64,000 nucleotides of DNA from Takakia lepidozioides (taxonomy: Eukaryota > Plantae > Bryophyta): assembly GCA_030704615.1 (NCBI GenBank), contig CM060733.1, forward strand, positions 75,144,001-75,208,000, in the 5' to 3' direction. Below the pieces are notes generated by a model. The model was not told the DNA's origin, ran no database searches, and saw only the letters and a program-made list of their open reading frames with translations. Positions within the stretch are counted from its first letter, which is position 1; the number at the start of each line of letters is the position of its first letter. The position numbers and the translations under genes are program-made. Below, one piece after another: positions 62,615 through 64,000 of this stretch.

Positions 62615-64000
62615 GCCATTTTTCCAGTTCGGGGCCGAAAACGGCTAAGTGCCAAATCTGATTGGCACCCAAAATCGGAAATTCGGCGCCATTTTTCCAG
62701 TCATGCAGGTAATTCGAAGAGCGGATCGATGGAAATCCAGCGCCGGATTTTCATCCATCCGCTCTTCGAATTACCTGCATGACGGAAATTTTGCGCGCCG
62801 ACTTACCTGGCGGATGGAAATCCGGCGCCGGATTTCCATCCATCCGCTCTTCGAATTACCTGCATGACTGGAAAAATGGCGCCGAATTTCCGATTTTGGT
62901 GCCAGTCAGATCAAGGACTTAGCCATTTTCGGCCCCGAAATGGAAAAACGGCGCCCAAAAAAAAAAACCAAAAAAAAAAACAAAAAAAAACCGCCATTTT
63001 TCCAGTTCGGGGCCGAAAACGGCTAAGTCCCAGATCTGACTGGCACCCAAAATCGGAAATTCGGCGCCATTTTTCCAATCATGCAGATAATTCGAAGAGC
63101 GGATCGATGGAAATCCGGTGCCGGATTTTCATCCATCCGCTCTTCGAATTACCTGCATGACGGAAATTTTGCGCGCCGACTTACCTGGCGGATGGAAATC
63201 CGGCGCCGGATTTCCATCCATCCGCTCTTCGAATTACCTGCATGACTGGAAAAATGGCGCCGAATTTCCGATTTTGGTGCCAGTCAGATCTGGGACTTAG
63301 CCATTTTCGGCCCCGAAATGGAAAAACGGTGCCAAAAAAAAAAACCAAAAAAAAAAAAAAAAAAAACGCCATTTGTCTATTTCGGGGCCGAAAACGGCTA
63401 AGTCCCAGATCTGACTGGCACCCAAAATCGGAAATTTGGCGCCATTTTTCCATTTCTGGGCCCAGTCAGATCTAGGACTTAGCCATTTTCGGCCCCGAAC
63501 TGGAAAAATGGTGACGAAAAAAAAAAAAAAAAAAAAAAAAAAAACGATATTTTTTTTCCAGTTCGGGGCCGAAAACGGCTAAGTCCCAGATCTGACTGGC
63601 AACCAAAATCGGAAATTCGGCGCCATTTTTCCAATCATGCAGGTAATTCGAAGAGCGGATCGATGGAAATCCGGTGCCGGATTTTCATCCATCCGCTCTT
63701 CGAATTACCTGCATGACGGAAATTTTGCGCGCCGACTTACTTGGCGGATGGAAATCCGGCGCTGGATTTCCATCCATCCGCTCTTCGAATTACCTGCATG
63801 ACTGGAAAAATGGCGCCGAATTTCCGATTTTGGTGCCAGTCAGATCTGGGACTTAGCCATTTTCGGCCCCGAAATGGAAAAATGGTGCCGAAAAAAAAAA
63901 ACCAAAAAAAAAAAAAAAAAAAAACCGCCATTTGTCCAGTTCGGGGCCGAAAACGGCTAAGTCCCAGATCTGACTGGCACCCAAAATCGGAAATTCGGCG
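60290..64000. repeat. GGCGCC palindrome arrays of copy C: ~288-bp units, 53-bp units, then poly-A-containing units
   Basis: AAAACTGG(C/T)CG at ~60459/60745/61034/61322; same palindrome as in A. Confidence 0.93.

Larger units (their letters stand above)
58538..64000 (-). mobile_element. Second copy (C) of Mutator-like family A in inverted orientation; internally deleted; runs off the window
   Basis: Terminus GAGGTTAGCTATTTCATGAGC at 58538; high identity to A 27258-26868 and 24712-14560 without the LTR insert. Confidence 0.88.

Overview
Eukaryotic, TE-dense land-plant DNA. GT-AG introns, PLS-type PPR and plant MDHAR/RbgA fragments support this; a seed-free plant is plausible but unproven. No intact host gene is present. 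The window is a nest of transposons. (1) A Mutator-like DNA transposon family with a GCM-like N-terminal domain occurs in several copies. The best-defined copy (8829-27258, 8-bp TSD CTCTCCGG) carries, divergently from its transposase, a spliced gene fusing a ParB/Srx-like domain (DGNHR) to a bacterial beta-class N4/N6 DNA methyltransferase-like domain. It also carries dense arrays of a 22-30 bp GGCGCC-centred palindrome. A diverged relative (about 1367-8272) has the same layout with a different palindrome. (2) A chromoviral Ty3/Gypsy element (16645-23569) sits inside that transposase. (3) A non-chromoviral Gypsy (about 27590-44800) hosts a third Gypsy (31544-43401, TSD AGTT). The third encodes a DNMT3-like C5 methyltransferase and a PHD finger, appears self-primed, carries host gene fragments, and has split direct repeats (A...B-A-B) instead of ordinary LTRs despite having a DDE integrase. 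(4) CACTA remnants, PPR fragments and satellites fill the rest. Most ORFs are frameshifted, from decay and/or homopolymer sequencing errors. All domain calls are by-eye motif recognition, not database hits.
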